64,000 nt of DNA from Setoptus koraiensis (lineage: Eukaryota > Animalia > Arthropoda): NCBI GenBank assembly GCA_048013815.1, contig CM106586.1:8990001-9054000 (forward strand), read 5' to 3'. The notes under the pieces were generated by a model. It searched no databases. It was not told the DNA's origin and saw only the letters and a program-made list of their open reading frames with translations. Every line of letters starts with the position of its first letter. Positions within the stretch are counted from its first letter, which is position 1. This document shows positions 28,301 to 41,900 of the stretch, in pieces. The position numbers were made by a program, and so were the translations under genes.

Positions 28301-31300
28301 GTGAGACAACTCAATTAACCCATTACATAGAGTAGTAAAAGTAGCGCAAAGTGTGTGCAAAACCAGCATCCATTGGGCCTCACCTCAGACACAACAATTC
28401 GACCGGTGAGCGCCCCATTTGAATATCGCTCAGAGTGGCCCAATCAATCTGGCTCGCGGCGCCCATAGCGGTGGCGCATGAACACTGCATGATACTGCGA
28501 TCGTGTCCACGCAAATTATCTCGGCCAACCAATTGCGACACAATCAGTTGCTGCACCAACAACATGGCCACAGTCACTGCCGGTGCCGGTGTGCACCGGT
28601 AAAAATGTCGCTGGCACTGTAATTTTGCTGCAAAATTGATTGGTCAATTTTGTCGCAAAATTCACCTGTCGCCTCATGCACGAGCACTGGGCCCTGACAT
28701 GGCGCCAACAAGCCAATCAAGTTTGCCTAACTCGACTGTGAATGGCTCAATGTGACACTAATGTGACAATTAGTCTAATTGTCACATTGAGACGCATCGC
28801 AGAGATGCTCGCCTAACGACGACACCAAATTGGCCCCATCGAGCCGCTGGCGACGAAACGACCACCATTGTTGTTCAATGCGCCATTTGGCCATTTGGGC
28901 CAAATTGAACGGATACAACTATTATTCTATTATCGTCATTACTGGCGCTATAATCAGTGATATGCAGTGATATGCAGTTGTAATCAGTTGGCCGGCAGCC
29001 TCGATATCGCCTATCGCCGGCGATTATATAACCGATCATCGGGCGTGTGTGTGTGTGTTTATAACAAGCAATGTTGACACTCCATCAATTCTCGTTACTT
29101 TATTGTCGCCACTCAGGGGAGAGAGGCCAGCTAAAACACATGAGACGACTTGTGCGCACCGTATCGTGGGGCCCATCTAACGACAACACCAAACCTTATT
29201 AAGTGTGCCCAGATATCTGTTTCAAACAGACTGTGTTTGTCTCTGTCTGGTTGGCGCACCCAAACGCGATCCATGCAAACACATGCGATTTGATCCGATC
29301 CGATCTGACGCAAACCGACTGGCTCAACGTGCCGCTGGGCTTGCGTTGCCGGGTCTAGCCAAATTTAGATTACTCGACACCCCCACTCATTACAGTCAAA
29401 CTGCCATGGATATATAAAATCGAGCCAAAGTGCTCCCATGGATCCGCGTGCATCGAGTTGATTTGCAATTGGGCCTCAGTCGGGGCCCAATTGCCCCACA
29501 GGCCCCCGAGAGTTCGCTGGTGCAAAATAGAGGCTGGATAAGTGGCTCCGGATCGCTTGCTGATTAATAGACGCCAAGCGAGGGCGCCAAATTGCGCCGG
29601 CCAAGTTGATCGTCGTCGTCGTCGACGTCGTTGCCCCCATAGCCGATTGGAAGCTGGCGATTAAGCACGCGATGTTAATCAGTCGGTTCAATATTTGCCT
29701 ATTTAGTCGCAGACCTCCGAGATGGATAGACCAACTTCAAATGGCCGACTGACTGACTGATTGATGCGCGCACTTTAAATCTATTCCAGGCGCTCGCAAT
29801 GTCATATCATGCCTTTGCTATCACGCTGGCCCCATGCAAAACAAGCCAAAACAAGCCAGAAACATGCAGAACCATGCGAAACCATTATTCGACCCGACCC
29901 GTCCTGTCCCGTGCTGTGCCGTCTTTTCGAGCTATCACACAATTTATAGCCGGCTCGGCCAGATTAATTCATTACATGGTCCCTGGCTGGCGCAACAATT
30001 CTTATTAACATGCGAGCGGAGGCTTCGAATTTAAATTATGCAAACAAACACACTTAAACGGGCACGATTATAATCAATTGATGGATCAGATTGAAATTCA
30101 ATTAAGTGAGTCGAGTCGCCGCCGACAAGCAAGCGAGCGCGCCTTCAATCGCTTGTCGTCGTCTCATAATTCAAATATCGGTCCAAATGAATAGATTGGT
30201 GCGTGTCAGTGTTCGCGCTGGCGCTGGCGAGTTTAATTACTGTGTGGGGGCTCATGGTGCCGGGCCGGCGCTTTGCAATGGATAGGGGCCCGCCAGTGGC
30301 GCCACTGTCGCTAGCCTGGCGATATAAAGTATTCGTGTAAAGTATTGCACTATAAAGTATGGTTTTGCCCTACTGTGTCCACGAGCACAATTGTGCAAAT
30401 CGGTCGCGTGTGAAATATGCGCCCAAATCGCACCGACAGCCGCTCGGCACAGATTGGCCGGGTGCAACAGTGCGAAGCGGAAAAGACCGGCCTGCTCGGG
30501 CCGCAGTTTACCTGTGTAGCTGTCATACCGCCAGCGACAGCACGAGCAACCAGCGACAACACGAGCAACCAGCGACAACACGAGCAACCAGCAAATTGAA
30601 CGGCGATGAGCGTGATTTATGAGAGCTCCCCCCCCCCCGCCCGCCCGCCAACTCGACTCGAGAGATTATATCGAGAAGCGATTATTTCTTATTTTTTATT
30701 TCTTGGCTGCCTGTCGGCCGGCCCGAATTAGCCAGCTGATCCGGTGACAAGTGAGGCGCGAAAACGCGCCCAATGATTATGTGATGCCTCAAAAGCATTC
30801 AGCGACAACGACAACGACAGCGACAACAACAACAACACGACTGGGGCCGAGGGCGAAAGTTAACTCTTGCGCCCACCCCCGCCCCCCGAGTCCAGCACTC
30901 ATCTGTTGTCAGCTGATCTGATAAGTCGATCGGCGGGCGTGTTGAGTCGAGCGCAAACTATTTAAAGTTTTCTCTCGGCGCCCTCAACTAGGTGACCACC
31001 TTGCCAATAGTTAAATTGGCAAGGCGGCAATTCCGCCGGGCTCGCACAACACTGGCGAGAGCACTCAACTAAGCCCAATGTTTGTCTTGAATGTCACAAG
31101 TGGACTCGCTTTATATCTCTAACAACGAGATTATCCCCGTTGGTGCGCCAATCCCCATGAGTGGTGGCGTTGTTATCGATGTTGTTGTTGTCGTTTCTGC
31201 TGTCGTTGTCGAATCGCAACAAATCTTACTGGGGCGCCTTGGCTTTAAATATCTGCTAGTTGTCAATTGCACCATTCGACAATGATGCCAGCGCGATGAC

Positions 31301-32340
31301 GACGATGACGCCTGCACGGCGATGCCTTTCTCAGGTTTTACTATTTTCCCTCGCGCACAACTCACAAAGCGACCCTATATCTTGCGCCAAATTTGCCCTG
31401 ATTTCTTCTTCTTGTCGAGGCCCCCTTCTCTGTGTCGTGCCTCTAATAGTAGACTGGCAGTGTTCGTGATGTTTGTTGGCTCGACAATACGGCCATTTTG
31501 TCGCTGCTCGACTATGATCCCTTTGGACATTGGAGCCGTAAAAGAGTGACTGGCCCCATCCGGTCTGACATTTAGACACACGCCGGGCAGCGAAACAGTG
31601 ACAACAACCACCGATAGTTTGCCCATCTGTATGTCACATTGATGCACACACACACACACACACATGTACACATTCAGAGGTTACACATTTTTCCAGTTTG
31701 CAGCATGGCTAACTAAAAATTCTATCTAAAGAATGCATCTTTATTTGGGCAAATCATGTCGTGTGTATGAGCGTAGAAAATGCAGTGTTAGTGCTCAAAA
31801 TATTCATACATATAACATGACATGGAACTGCGTCACGTTTGGCACGTCAGAGATGAAACGGGCTCTAATGGGGCGAAACTCAAATGGATTCCACCAATCA
31901 ATCAATTGATGGCACAAAGATTTGACAAGATTGTTTCGCTGAATTTGATGAGCTCGGTACTGAAAACAAGTCAATGATGTCGCTGAAACTGCTGACTATG
32001 GAGAAAAATAAAGACGCAGACCCGCACACACTCGCAACGAGGCAAACTTGACGAAAACTTGTGCCGTCACTACTTTTTGGCCTGCCAGTTTGGTAGGCAG
32101 CAACCGGAAGTTAGCGCGTGCCCTTGGATTTCTATGTTCTATTACTCAGCATCGATAGCCTAAGGAAATTAGAGGTTAAAAAAATGGTGTCACTATAGAG
32201 AAAATTTCAAAAAGGCGTATTCTTTCAGGCCTCAATTTGGAAAATCCAGAAAAGCAATAGTTGAGTCGATCTGAGTGTCATACTAAAGAGATTCACCTTG
32301 TAAGCTGAAAACATGAATGATACGCCAGATAACTTTTGAT

Positions 32341-33588
32341 GGCGAGCTCGGTATCAACAGTGTGCAGTCATGACTTGCAATTTACGACGATTGACTCGCC
32401 ATTGGAGGGCGCAGATGGGCCCGATGGGGGACAAGCCCGCGAACAATTGAAACATGCTTGCTTTTTTAGCTATAAACTTTCGCTTTTTCGAACAGATTTT
32501 CAGCTGCTGACAGCAACTGCCTGCTAACCGACAATTGTTGTGCCGATGAAGTAACCGGATATTGAGAATCGTCAGTAGGTAGGCCTTTTGAGCGGACAAA
32601 ATTGTGACAGGCGACAATTTGTGGGTTTTGGGGACGATTTTTATTCGTTGTAATTATCATCTGTTGTCTTGTAGGCAAAGATATGGCATGCAACTGTTCG
32701 ATTGGCGAAAGTGCGATTGCTGAACGCAAGTGCTAATGGTATCATCGCCGTCGATAACAATTGGCTGCTGTTTGTGTGCTTGTTGCACCATTACATATTG
32801 GCCAGGTATTGTTTCTGCTGGATTTGATTTCAATTTCTGTATGACGGATCAAGTTTAATTATTAAAATGGGCTTTCGGGAATTGCGTGCATTGTTACCAA
32901 ACGTTGAATTGAGCGGTGATGCGTTGGTCGGGTGTCTTTATACAGTGACATTCCAGTACATAGTGGCAGCATAAAAGACCAATCGACTTTTCTTTGCACG
33001 CTTCCTCCCTATCTTCAGATTTCATTTTAGCAATTTCCAGACACTTCGGTGGGATAGGGCAATCTGATAGGGCATAATGAAAGACACCGACCAAAAGCAG
33101 CGCTATTGAGACAACGATCATTAATAACCTCATTATTAACTTATGACCGGTTTATTACCAACATCAAGGCCTACGAATTGCGGTTTTTGTGTAGAATCTG
33201 GCGGACTTTAGTTTAGAGAGCACACTTTCGCAAGCATGCTTATGTCAGACATTCAATTTATATTTGATGGTTACAATTATTTTTTGGGCGCATGGCATTA
33301 CCATTTAAGACGATTTTTCGTTCATTAGCACTCTTAAAAGTTGCAGTCAACTTGTACCTGTTACACAAACATTAGAAATATATCACCTTTCCGTTTTTTC
33401 AACATCGCTGTCTTTCCATGCTTTCATTGAATGACTATCAAGTTTCGAGTCTCAAGTACAAGCTCCGAGCCTGTTCTGTTCGACCAATCCAGACTTCAAG
33501 ATTTTAGACAGCCAAATTGAACGTTTTTTGACGTTGGATCACGTTCGGCACGTTTGATATGAAACGGGCATGAACGCATCCCTAATTG
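32341..33588. repeat. Copy 2 of the ~1.2-kb dispersed direct duplication (partner 24118-25351)
   Basis: Same orientation, offset ~8.23 kb. Confidence 0.95.
32894..33133 (-). CDS. Putative secreted cysteine-rich small protein, copy 2 (possible second exon 32817-32742)
   Basis: As copy 1; differs in the ORF only by CGC>CAC (R57H). Confidence 0.6.
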   Translation of the reverse strand: MRLLMIVVSIALLLVGVFHYALSDCPIPPKCLEIAKMKSEDREEACKEKSIGLLCCHYVLECHCIKTPDQRITAQFNVW

Positions 33589-34544
33589 TGCGACATCCAA
33601 ATGAATTCGCCTGCCAATCGAGCGCACGATGACTGGACAAATTCGTTTCCCTGTATTCGATAAGGTCAGTCTCCGAAACTGAGTCTCGAATGCGAATCTT
33701 TGTTGCCTTCGGAGCATTTCGACAAGAACAAGAAATATTGGCGTGGATTCATACACACGCAATGAGACAAACTGGATTGAAACTTCGCCGGATCAAAATC
33801 TTACGGGTCGCTGTCTTGGCATGGAGAGGATATAAATAGGCACGAGCACGTATAAGGATAACGGTTATACGAACTATGGGCCGATGGAGCCCATGAAATG
33901 AACGGCGTTTTCAAATTCTCACTGGCAGCGATAACATTTGATTGATGCGAATGAGATTGCCCGTGCCACCATACACAATTGCGGCTCGATAAAGTTTTCC
34001 AGAAATTCGAGTTTGCAAACAGGCCTTATCTACTGGCAGTAATGGTGGCGCCTCTTATTTCGCTGCTCGCCATTGAGCAATTTCCAGTTGTCCAGTCGTT
34101 TGTCGGACTGTCGGATTGTTGCGCTACACTTGAATTGGTGGCCGCAACATGACAGTCTTGAGAAGGGGGGAAAGCAGCGGAAGTGTAATGCAGTTGACAC
34201 GCGATTGACTTTCGGCCGGAAGCTAGCTTTCGCTCTCTGCCGAGTGCCCGATAAAGCGTTGGCGGAATAAAAGAGAGTCGTCACCTTGTGTCCGCGTGTG
34301 ACTGCGGTGGCCCGATATTCGCCCGCTGATCGCCTCGGTCAATGGCGCCCGGCAAGCGGGATGGCACGCCGCAGTGAGCCGATGACCGATTGGCTGGCGG
34401 TTGCGGTCGACAGTGTTGCTTGTGGCGCCTGTCACTGTCACAATAACGATAATAATGATTATTATTTGTTACGTTGTGTGTGTGAAACTCGAGACTGTTG
34501 TCGCGACCGCGTTCGCGCCATTACCGCCCGGAGAGAGGACAATT

Positions 34545-34760
34545 TTTCAGAAAACATCTCCGGATTTCTCCCATTTTCTCCGAATTTCCTCCAAATTTCC
34601 TCCGAATTTCTCCCATTCTCTCCGAAATTCTCCCATCTTCTCCAAAAATTTCCAATTTTTCAAAATTTTCTCAGTTTTTTCCAGATTTTTCCAATTTTCT
34701 CTGAATGTCCCGAAATTTCTGCAATTTGCTCTGCGTGCCCCGAAATTTCTGCAAACTTGC
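34545..34760. repeat. Degenerate ~10-11-bp periodic AATTT/CC tract
   Basis: Units such as CCGAATTTCCT, CCAAATTTCCT, CCAATTTTTC and CAATTTTCTC in succession. Confidence 0.7.
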
Positions 34761-37034
34761 TGCGCGCCCCTGCAGAGTGCGCACCAATGCCTGGCACACG
34801 AAGCAATCACTCCATGTGATACACGCTTCTTTTTTCGGCTTTTCTCGCAAATTGCCGGCCGAGCCAACTCTATAGGCCTCTCACTTACTCGCTCAAGCTA
34901 CTCACTGGCAATTGTCAGAGTGCTCAAACACTTCAAGTCGCCCATCTCATCACTGTTTGCTAACTTTAGTTTGCTTTAGTTACTCTCGCCGGTCGGTTAG
35001 CCAGTGTAGGAGGCCGACTGGTTAGCTAGCGTTAGAGGTTTCTGGCGAGCTCGTGCATCTCGAGCCGAGATGCACGAGCTGGCCGCGATGAGAGCAGAGA
35101 AGTGGGCAGCACTCGAGCACGAGAGTGGCTCACTTGACCATATAGATCTTGCGGCTAGCATGTTGCGAGCAAGAATTAACTTGTCAGCAAAGTTGACGAG
35201 CATATTTGATGAGATAAAGTTGTTGTCAGCGCTGAGACACGACCAAGGCCAGACGAGAGAGCGGGCACACAAATGCAAAGGCAAAAATAAGCGCTTGTGA
35301 CAAGCGCAACGATAAATGGATAATAATGGATAATGTGTAAAGTGCGTGGCCATTGTCAACTTGCCGGGCCCCATCGACGCCATATTTGACGCGATACATG
35401 CGATGATACAGATATGGCGCGGCAGCAAAATCAACGGCGACATCTGTGCCCGCCGTGTGCGCCACGCCATCACGATATTAGCCGATATTCGGGCGAGGGG
35501 CCCCTCGCCACGCCATCAGTTCGCGACTCGCCCGAGTATCAGTTCGCGACTCGCGCCAGTATCAGTTCGCGGCTCGTCCGAATATCGGTTCGCGACCCGC
35601 CGGCGAGCGTTGCATGCGTTTCATCGACAATGCGTATCGACGATACACCCGACGAGAGCATATTTAGCGAAAATGGATTTCGTGCAGCGGCGCAGCGACC
35701 AAGATCGATTTCATCGTTGGGTATTTTCGCCGTGTCGCACTTCGGCAGTCTGGCACCTCGGCAGTCCGGCACTTGGGCAGTCCGGCACTTGGGCAGCCTC
35801 GCAGTGTGTCGGGTGCGAATTTTCGCCGACTCGTAAATCGGACGCTAATAGTTTTGCTCGCTTGAATGGGCGTCAGATGGCGTTTTCGAGCTGGCGCACA
35901 GCTCGCCTAGCGCCAGGTCGCTAGGTGCGCCCCGCTCGGGGCGCCAGACGCATCGTTGGCGGCCGTAACGGGCAGCTAATGAGTGTTTGCGCGCCAGTTA
36001 ATGAAAATTGCGCCCGTGTCCTTGCAGTGTCGCCATTAATTGTGAGCGTCAGTGTCACCGGCGGCGTCGCTGACCCGATCAGGTGTCAACACAATGACTG
36101 TCGGCCGTGACAAGTCGCTAATGACAGCGCACTTGTTAGGCACGCCGAGGCCGCCCGTAACAAGCGCACCGTCCGGCGCCCGGTCGACGCGCAGTCATTT
36201 GACGCGCCGGCCCGTTATGTGACAATTGGCACAATTGCGGCCCGCGTCGCCAGCACCGCGCCCCTCTCTGACAGTATCGCTGACAGTATCTCTGACATTA
36301 TCTCTGACAGTGTTTGTGTGGCGCGCTGTTGTGAAACGTCTTGCCGCGATTCGCAGCCAGCTCAATATTGTCTTGGCTGTTTGTTTATGGCGCTCACTGT
36401 TCGCGTATGCTAATTACCCGCCGACCCGCCGAACTCACACGGCCCGGTGACTTGCCAGCGTCGCATGCGGAAGCCGCGCAACCGGCCCGAACGCAAACTG
36501 CCGACTAGACGGATAATAGCAATGTAAATAAACAAGCAAACTCGCCCGTTGCCCCACACTACTGCCGTACGCCAATATTTGTGCCAAACATCGCTGCTAT
36601 GCCAGTCGCAGCTATGGGGCGCTTTTTAGATGCCTCATAGCACCGATAGTATAGCACCGATGCATTTCAGATGCCCTGCGATGCCGAGCGCCGGCGCATC
36701 TTATTATTATTGGCCTGGCCGATAGTTGCAATTGGCCGCGAACAGATGGAGCGATCGATGGGGCGCCGGCAAGGTCGGCCCCACAGGGTCACCTGATCAC
36801 CTGTGTTGCATGATGCGCATCGCAAGTCGCATCGGTGCGCGACAGTATCAATGCGACGGTGCATCAATTGGCGCAGTAAATCACGCCACCGCGAGCGAGT
36901 TTACTACACTGTAAACTGAGCAGAGACAGTCGTTTGTCGTTTGTGTCAACTGTCTAATTGTTGAAAATTGTTTCAAAACATCGCAAACAACGGCTGGCAA
37001 ACAAACTCACGAGACTGCGTTGCGATCGGGCGCA

Positions 37035-37100
37035 TGCGGTATCACTGATACGGTATCACTGATGCGGTATCACTGATTCGGTATCGCTGATACGGTATCA
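37035..37100. repeat. 14-bp tandem repeat (TRCGGTATCACTGA), ~4.7 copies
   Basis: Directly visible. Confidence 0.9.
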
Positions 37101-38814
37101 GTGTATCAGAGCGAGAGAGATAACATGTTATTTGCAGCCCACTTCATTGCGCCTCATTTGCATGCCGTTGGCTGCTTACGAGAAAGTCTCTCGTAACGAG
37201 TTTCGTCTGTGCGTATTTTCGCCCGATATTCGCCCGACAATCGCCCGATTTTCGCCTGATACTCGCCCGACATTCGCCTGACGGTCGCCCGATGTTCGCG
37301 TTGTCGTCGCAGCGGCTCACTTTGTCAATTTGGCTTCCATTCGATGACAATGCCGATGAAAACTCCATGCGAAACGGGGCACCATTTTTAAAATAATCAC
37401 ACATACGTGCGGCCCCATAAACTGACGGCCATAAAACTTGCCACAAGCGCGCATGAACGCAACAATCTCATCACTGATTTTATTTGTCCATTCATGTGCG
37501 AATATCAGACTGAATTCACGCATGAATTGCCGGCTGGGGTCGGCCGAGGGCCGTTGGCTTGGCGCGGCGCGGCGCGGCCATTGTCTCACACTGGCACTTG
37601 AATAGGGCGCCCCATTGTCGTGTTCGTCTACGTTTGATTGTCGTCGACCGGCGACGACAATCACGACGCACCCTGTCCAGCTGATTAGACGACCTAAATG
37701 GGGCCCGCCAGCCGGCGGCGCCATGAGTGGGCCCCCGCAACAATCGCCGTTACAATTATTGTACTTGTTGTATCGTCGGAATGTTGCCGCGTCCTGGGCC
37801 CCGCATGAGCTTGCGCAATTATTCGCCAATCTGGGCATCTCGGCAACTTATTCAAAACAATCATTCGCGTTTGTGACTCGCTTCGCTCGGCGAAAAACGC
37901 ACTCGCATTCGCGAATTGCGATTCGCGAATTGTGATTCACGAACTGCGATTCACAATTGGTGAATTTGTGTCCTGTCAAGCGCGAGTGTCATTTCATTTT
38001 TCGCTCATCCCGCCGAGTCGCTGCCGAATGGGATTCGCATTCTCGCATCACATTGGCAGCGTGCGTGACCCACTTGCCGGCCTGACATTGAATTGATTGG
38101 GCCGGATGTGATATTATCTGTACTGAGACAACAAACGTGCCGATCGCACTGTTACATAATGCACTCTGTTACATAATTGTGAGTGTGTCCCGGCGCAAGC
38201 TCAACTCGCGTGACACTGGTAATATTGGCGCAATTGAGTGTTTCAAATTGAATTAACAGTATCTACAAATGAGCAGCGCATGCAACGTTTGCAAACGGTC
38301 CCGTCCAATGGGCGCAATCAACGAGCCACTTCCGGGTACATTTGACTCGTTGAAAAACTCAGTTGACATGTCGGCCGAGATGAGGCCCGTTGGCGTGTAA
38401 CCGCGCCGCACACTGTAACTGTGGCGATATTGTGTCACTGGCTCAATCAATCATACCGACTCGTCCCAATCATATCGTGTGATGGCGTTGTCAACTGGCG
38501 CCGAGTGCCATTCGAGACTGACAATAAAGACGACAAAGAAGGGCCAAATGGGGACACGGCAAGCGAGCGCAACAAAGTGGCAACAACGCCGGCACAATTG
38601 CGCAATATTGTTAACGCAATCCATAATTGCCGTTATTGTCTTTGTAGTTTGTTCAATTTGGAGTCGTTGCGCAACCCGACGCAAACAAACAATTTGTGTG
38701 CATATTTGAGTTTCGCTGGCAAAAAGTGAAGTTGGTTGGCAATCGATGATCAATAATTGCAATAATCGCAATAATTGCAATCATTGCCCACTCCAACCAT
38801 CGATCGTTGCGCTG

Positions 38815-38938
38815 TGTCGCTGTATTTATCTGTCGCTGTACTTGTATGTCGATGTACTTGTATGTCGATGTATTTATATGTCGCTGTATTTATATGTCGC
38901 TGTATTTATATGTCGCTGTATTTATATGTCGATGTATT
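38815..38938. repeat. 16-bp tandem repeat (TGTCGCTGTATTTATA), ~7.7 copies
   Basis: Directly visible. Confidence 0.92.
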
Positions 38939-41900
38939 GACACATTGCTGACGCGTAACAAGCGCAGAGGCAATCGATTAATTATAGTCGCCTGATGATG
39001 CGATTGACTTGGCCCGAGGATTCTCGCCGATAATTCACGCCGAGAATTCACGCCGAGAATTCAGGCCGAGAATTTCTCGGTGAGAATTTCTCGTCGAGAA
39101 TCTATCGTCGAGAATTTATTGGCTGGCCGGGCGTCACTTGCGAGCTTGTTGTGCGAATAAATGATTTACCCGCCAGGTGGAGGAGGCGCATATTTAATAA
39201 GTAACATTGGGAAACAACGGCAACGAGCCAATAGGGTGCGCATTGCAGTCTGTCTGTCTGGCTGGCTGGCAAGACAATATGCGGGCTTGCCAGCTCGCCT
39301 AGACGGTCGGCCGCTCGCTCGGTCGGTCGGCCGCTCGGTCGGTCGCCTAGTCGCCCACTGGCAGTGCCACACAACGGCGAGCGCGCCAACTGGCGCCCAT
39401 TGGAATGTGCTCTCTTTATTTATATTACTGGCGGCTATGTGATGTAATGTAATAAGTGTGTCTGCGAGCCTATTTAAGCATATAATAATAGCTGGCTGGC
39501 GGGCCCAGACGCAAGCGGATGGGAGCGCAACTAGCGCCAACTAGGACAGCGCCCGATGCAAGCGCTGCACTAGATTGAAACATATAGCGACAGCGCACTA
39601 ACAGCGTATACTAACTGAGCCTAGTTGGTGGGGGTGATATAGCGACATTCGCGTGCTGCCGCCGCTATGTGCTGGCGCTCGATGGCGCTCGATGGCGCTC
39701 GATGGCGCCCAATGGCGTTCAGCGGTGCTCAATAGCGTGTGCAGTGCACTTTATTTGCCGCTCGGCGCCGTTGCGACGGATAAATGGAGAAAGAACCTGA
39801 TAATTGGAACGCTGGCTGGCCAATCGGACATGCGCACTCAAGTGCGACAGCCATTGGCTCGGCAGCGTTGCTGGCATGGCGTTCCATGGCAAGCTCAAAA
39901 GTGATACTGTTTATAAATATTCACAGCTCGCCGCCAGCCGCAACGCAACATCTCGTCGTCGATGATGACGACGGCCATGATGAGCACTGTGTCGCTGTAA
40001 TGGCTTGCCGTCTTGGCTTGCCGTCGCGACACTCGACGCTCGACGCACAACAGCGCGCGTAGCCAGCAACAGCTACTGGCAGCAGTCGCGCCAGCGCCGC
40101 CAGCACGACAACAACGCCAACGCCAACAACAACAACAACAACTGCAACAACCACAACAGTGAGACGAGCCAACGGCGGCAACAACAGCGCAACAACAACA
40201 GCAGCAGCAGCAGCAACGACAGCAGCAGCAACGACAGCAACAACAACAGCGACAGCGACAACAACAGCGACAGCGACAACAACAAAAGCAAGAAAGTGAT
40301 CAATGTAACAGTATTGCAGCAGTGCACTGATTAAAAGAGTCGCACTAAATAGCTAAACATACGCAATTCATACTTAATCAGCGAGCTCGCTTTGTTGGCA
40401 AGATCGGCTGTGTGTCGGTGGCGCATTTTGAGCAGTCAATGTTGCGCTGCTTTGTTGTTCGGCTGGCTCCGTATCCAATGGCTTCATCCGACGGCTTCAT
40501 CCGATAGCTTTATCCGACAGCTCGCAATTGTGAGCTCGCATTGCACACAAACACACGACAAGCGCACTTTCGTTTCGTTTGTGCAAATCGTCGCCAGTGT
40601 GTCGCTAGTGTGAGTGTATTTATAAACACAAAAAGATAAAATGTGATGAATATTGATGATTGCGCAACAACAGCAACAACAACGCCGACAGCGACAACAA
40701 CAACAGCGACAACAACAACAGCGACAACAACAACAGCGACAACAGCGACAACCACGGCAACAGCCAGCACAACAGTGACGATTGAGCAGAGTTTTTTAGC
40801 GATTACGAGAGAGCGAGAGCAAACACTCGAGCTCATTACTGTATCACTGTTACTGTATTACTGTATCACTGTTATCACTGTGTCTACCTGTCCTGTTGTC
40901 TATTCGCATTTCAGCTAGTAGATCAATAAATTGCGCCATTCAATAGATTATGCGAGATTAGCAGCCGCATTTGAGAATAATTGCCCAGCCACAAAACCGT
41001 TGATAATTCGTTGCGACACCAAACAATGCGCACACTGTTGATCTAACTGTTATCAACTGTTCAAATAATCTCTCGCCCACTCTAATAAGCGTCTCCCTCT
41101 CTCTCGCCCGCACTCGACGACACACACTACATGCAAATCGCAACCACAACCACAACCGCATCGACCGCAACAACCGCATCGGCCGCAACAACCGCAAAAA
41201 TCGCAACAACGACGACGCTCTCGTCGCGACTGAATCACCGTCGAAATCGCGACTGAATCACCACCGAAATCGCGACTGAAATCAACTAAATAAATCGACG
41301 CGCATTGTTGCGCAACCGACCGACGCGCTCGCCGAAACGCATCAAATGAAATCAAATGCAAATAATATTAATACAAATATAAATATTAATACTAATGACG
41401 ATAACACATTCTTGCCCGGCGCCACCGACTGTCTGACGGCCGACTCGCTCACTCACTCAACCACCGACCGACTGCTGACTGAATGACGGCCGACTGACTG
41501 ACTGACTGACTGACTGACTGACTAACTGACGGTTGTGGCACACAATTGATATGGCAAACAATGAACAACCATTGACATTAAACATTTGAAAAACATCAAT
41601 TTGAATCATGCAACAATCATGACAACACCAAACTGAAAACTGACAACTCATTTCGACGTTTGCCCCGCCACCGAAACTGTAACATTGTGCTACTGTTGCG
41701 CAACGTCATCGCCTATCGTTCACCTGTCGTATGCAACTCACCTGTGTGCGTATGCGACTCACCTGTGTCTGTGTTGCGACTCACCTGTGTGCTTATTCTA
41801 TACGCATTTGTGTGTCCTGTGTGCGCATCATCGCGAATGCGTGCCACCACCACCACTCAAACAACGGCCACTCTTTGCGCACTCCCACGCTAATGATGAT

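Noticed and set aside
26142-31671. ORFs of 100-165 aa in the middle of the long intron as extra Trio exons
   Set aside because: No spectrin, SH3 or GEF similarity, and no coherent splice-site pairs found.
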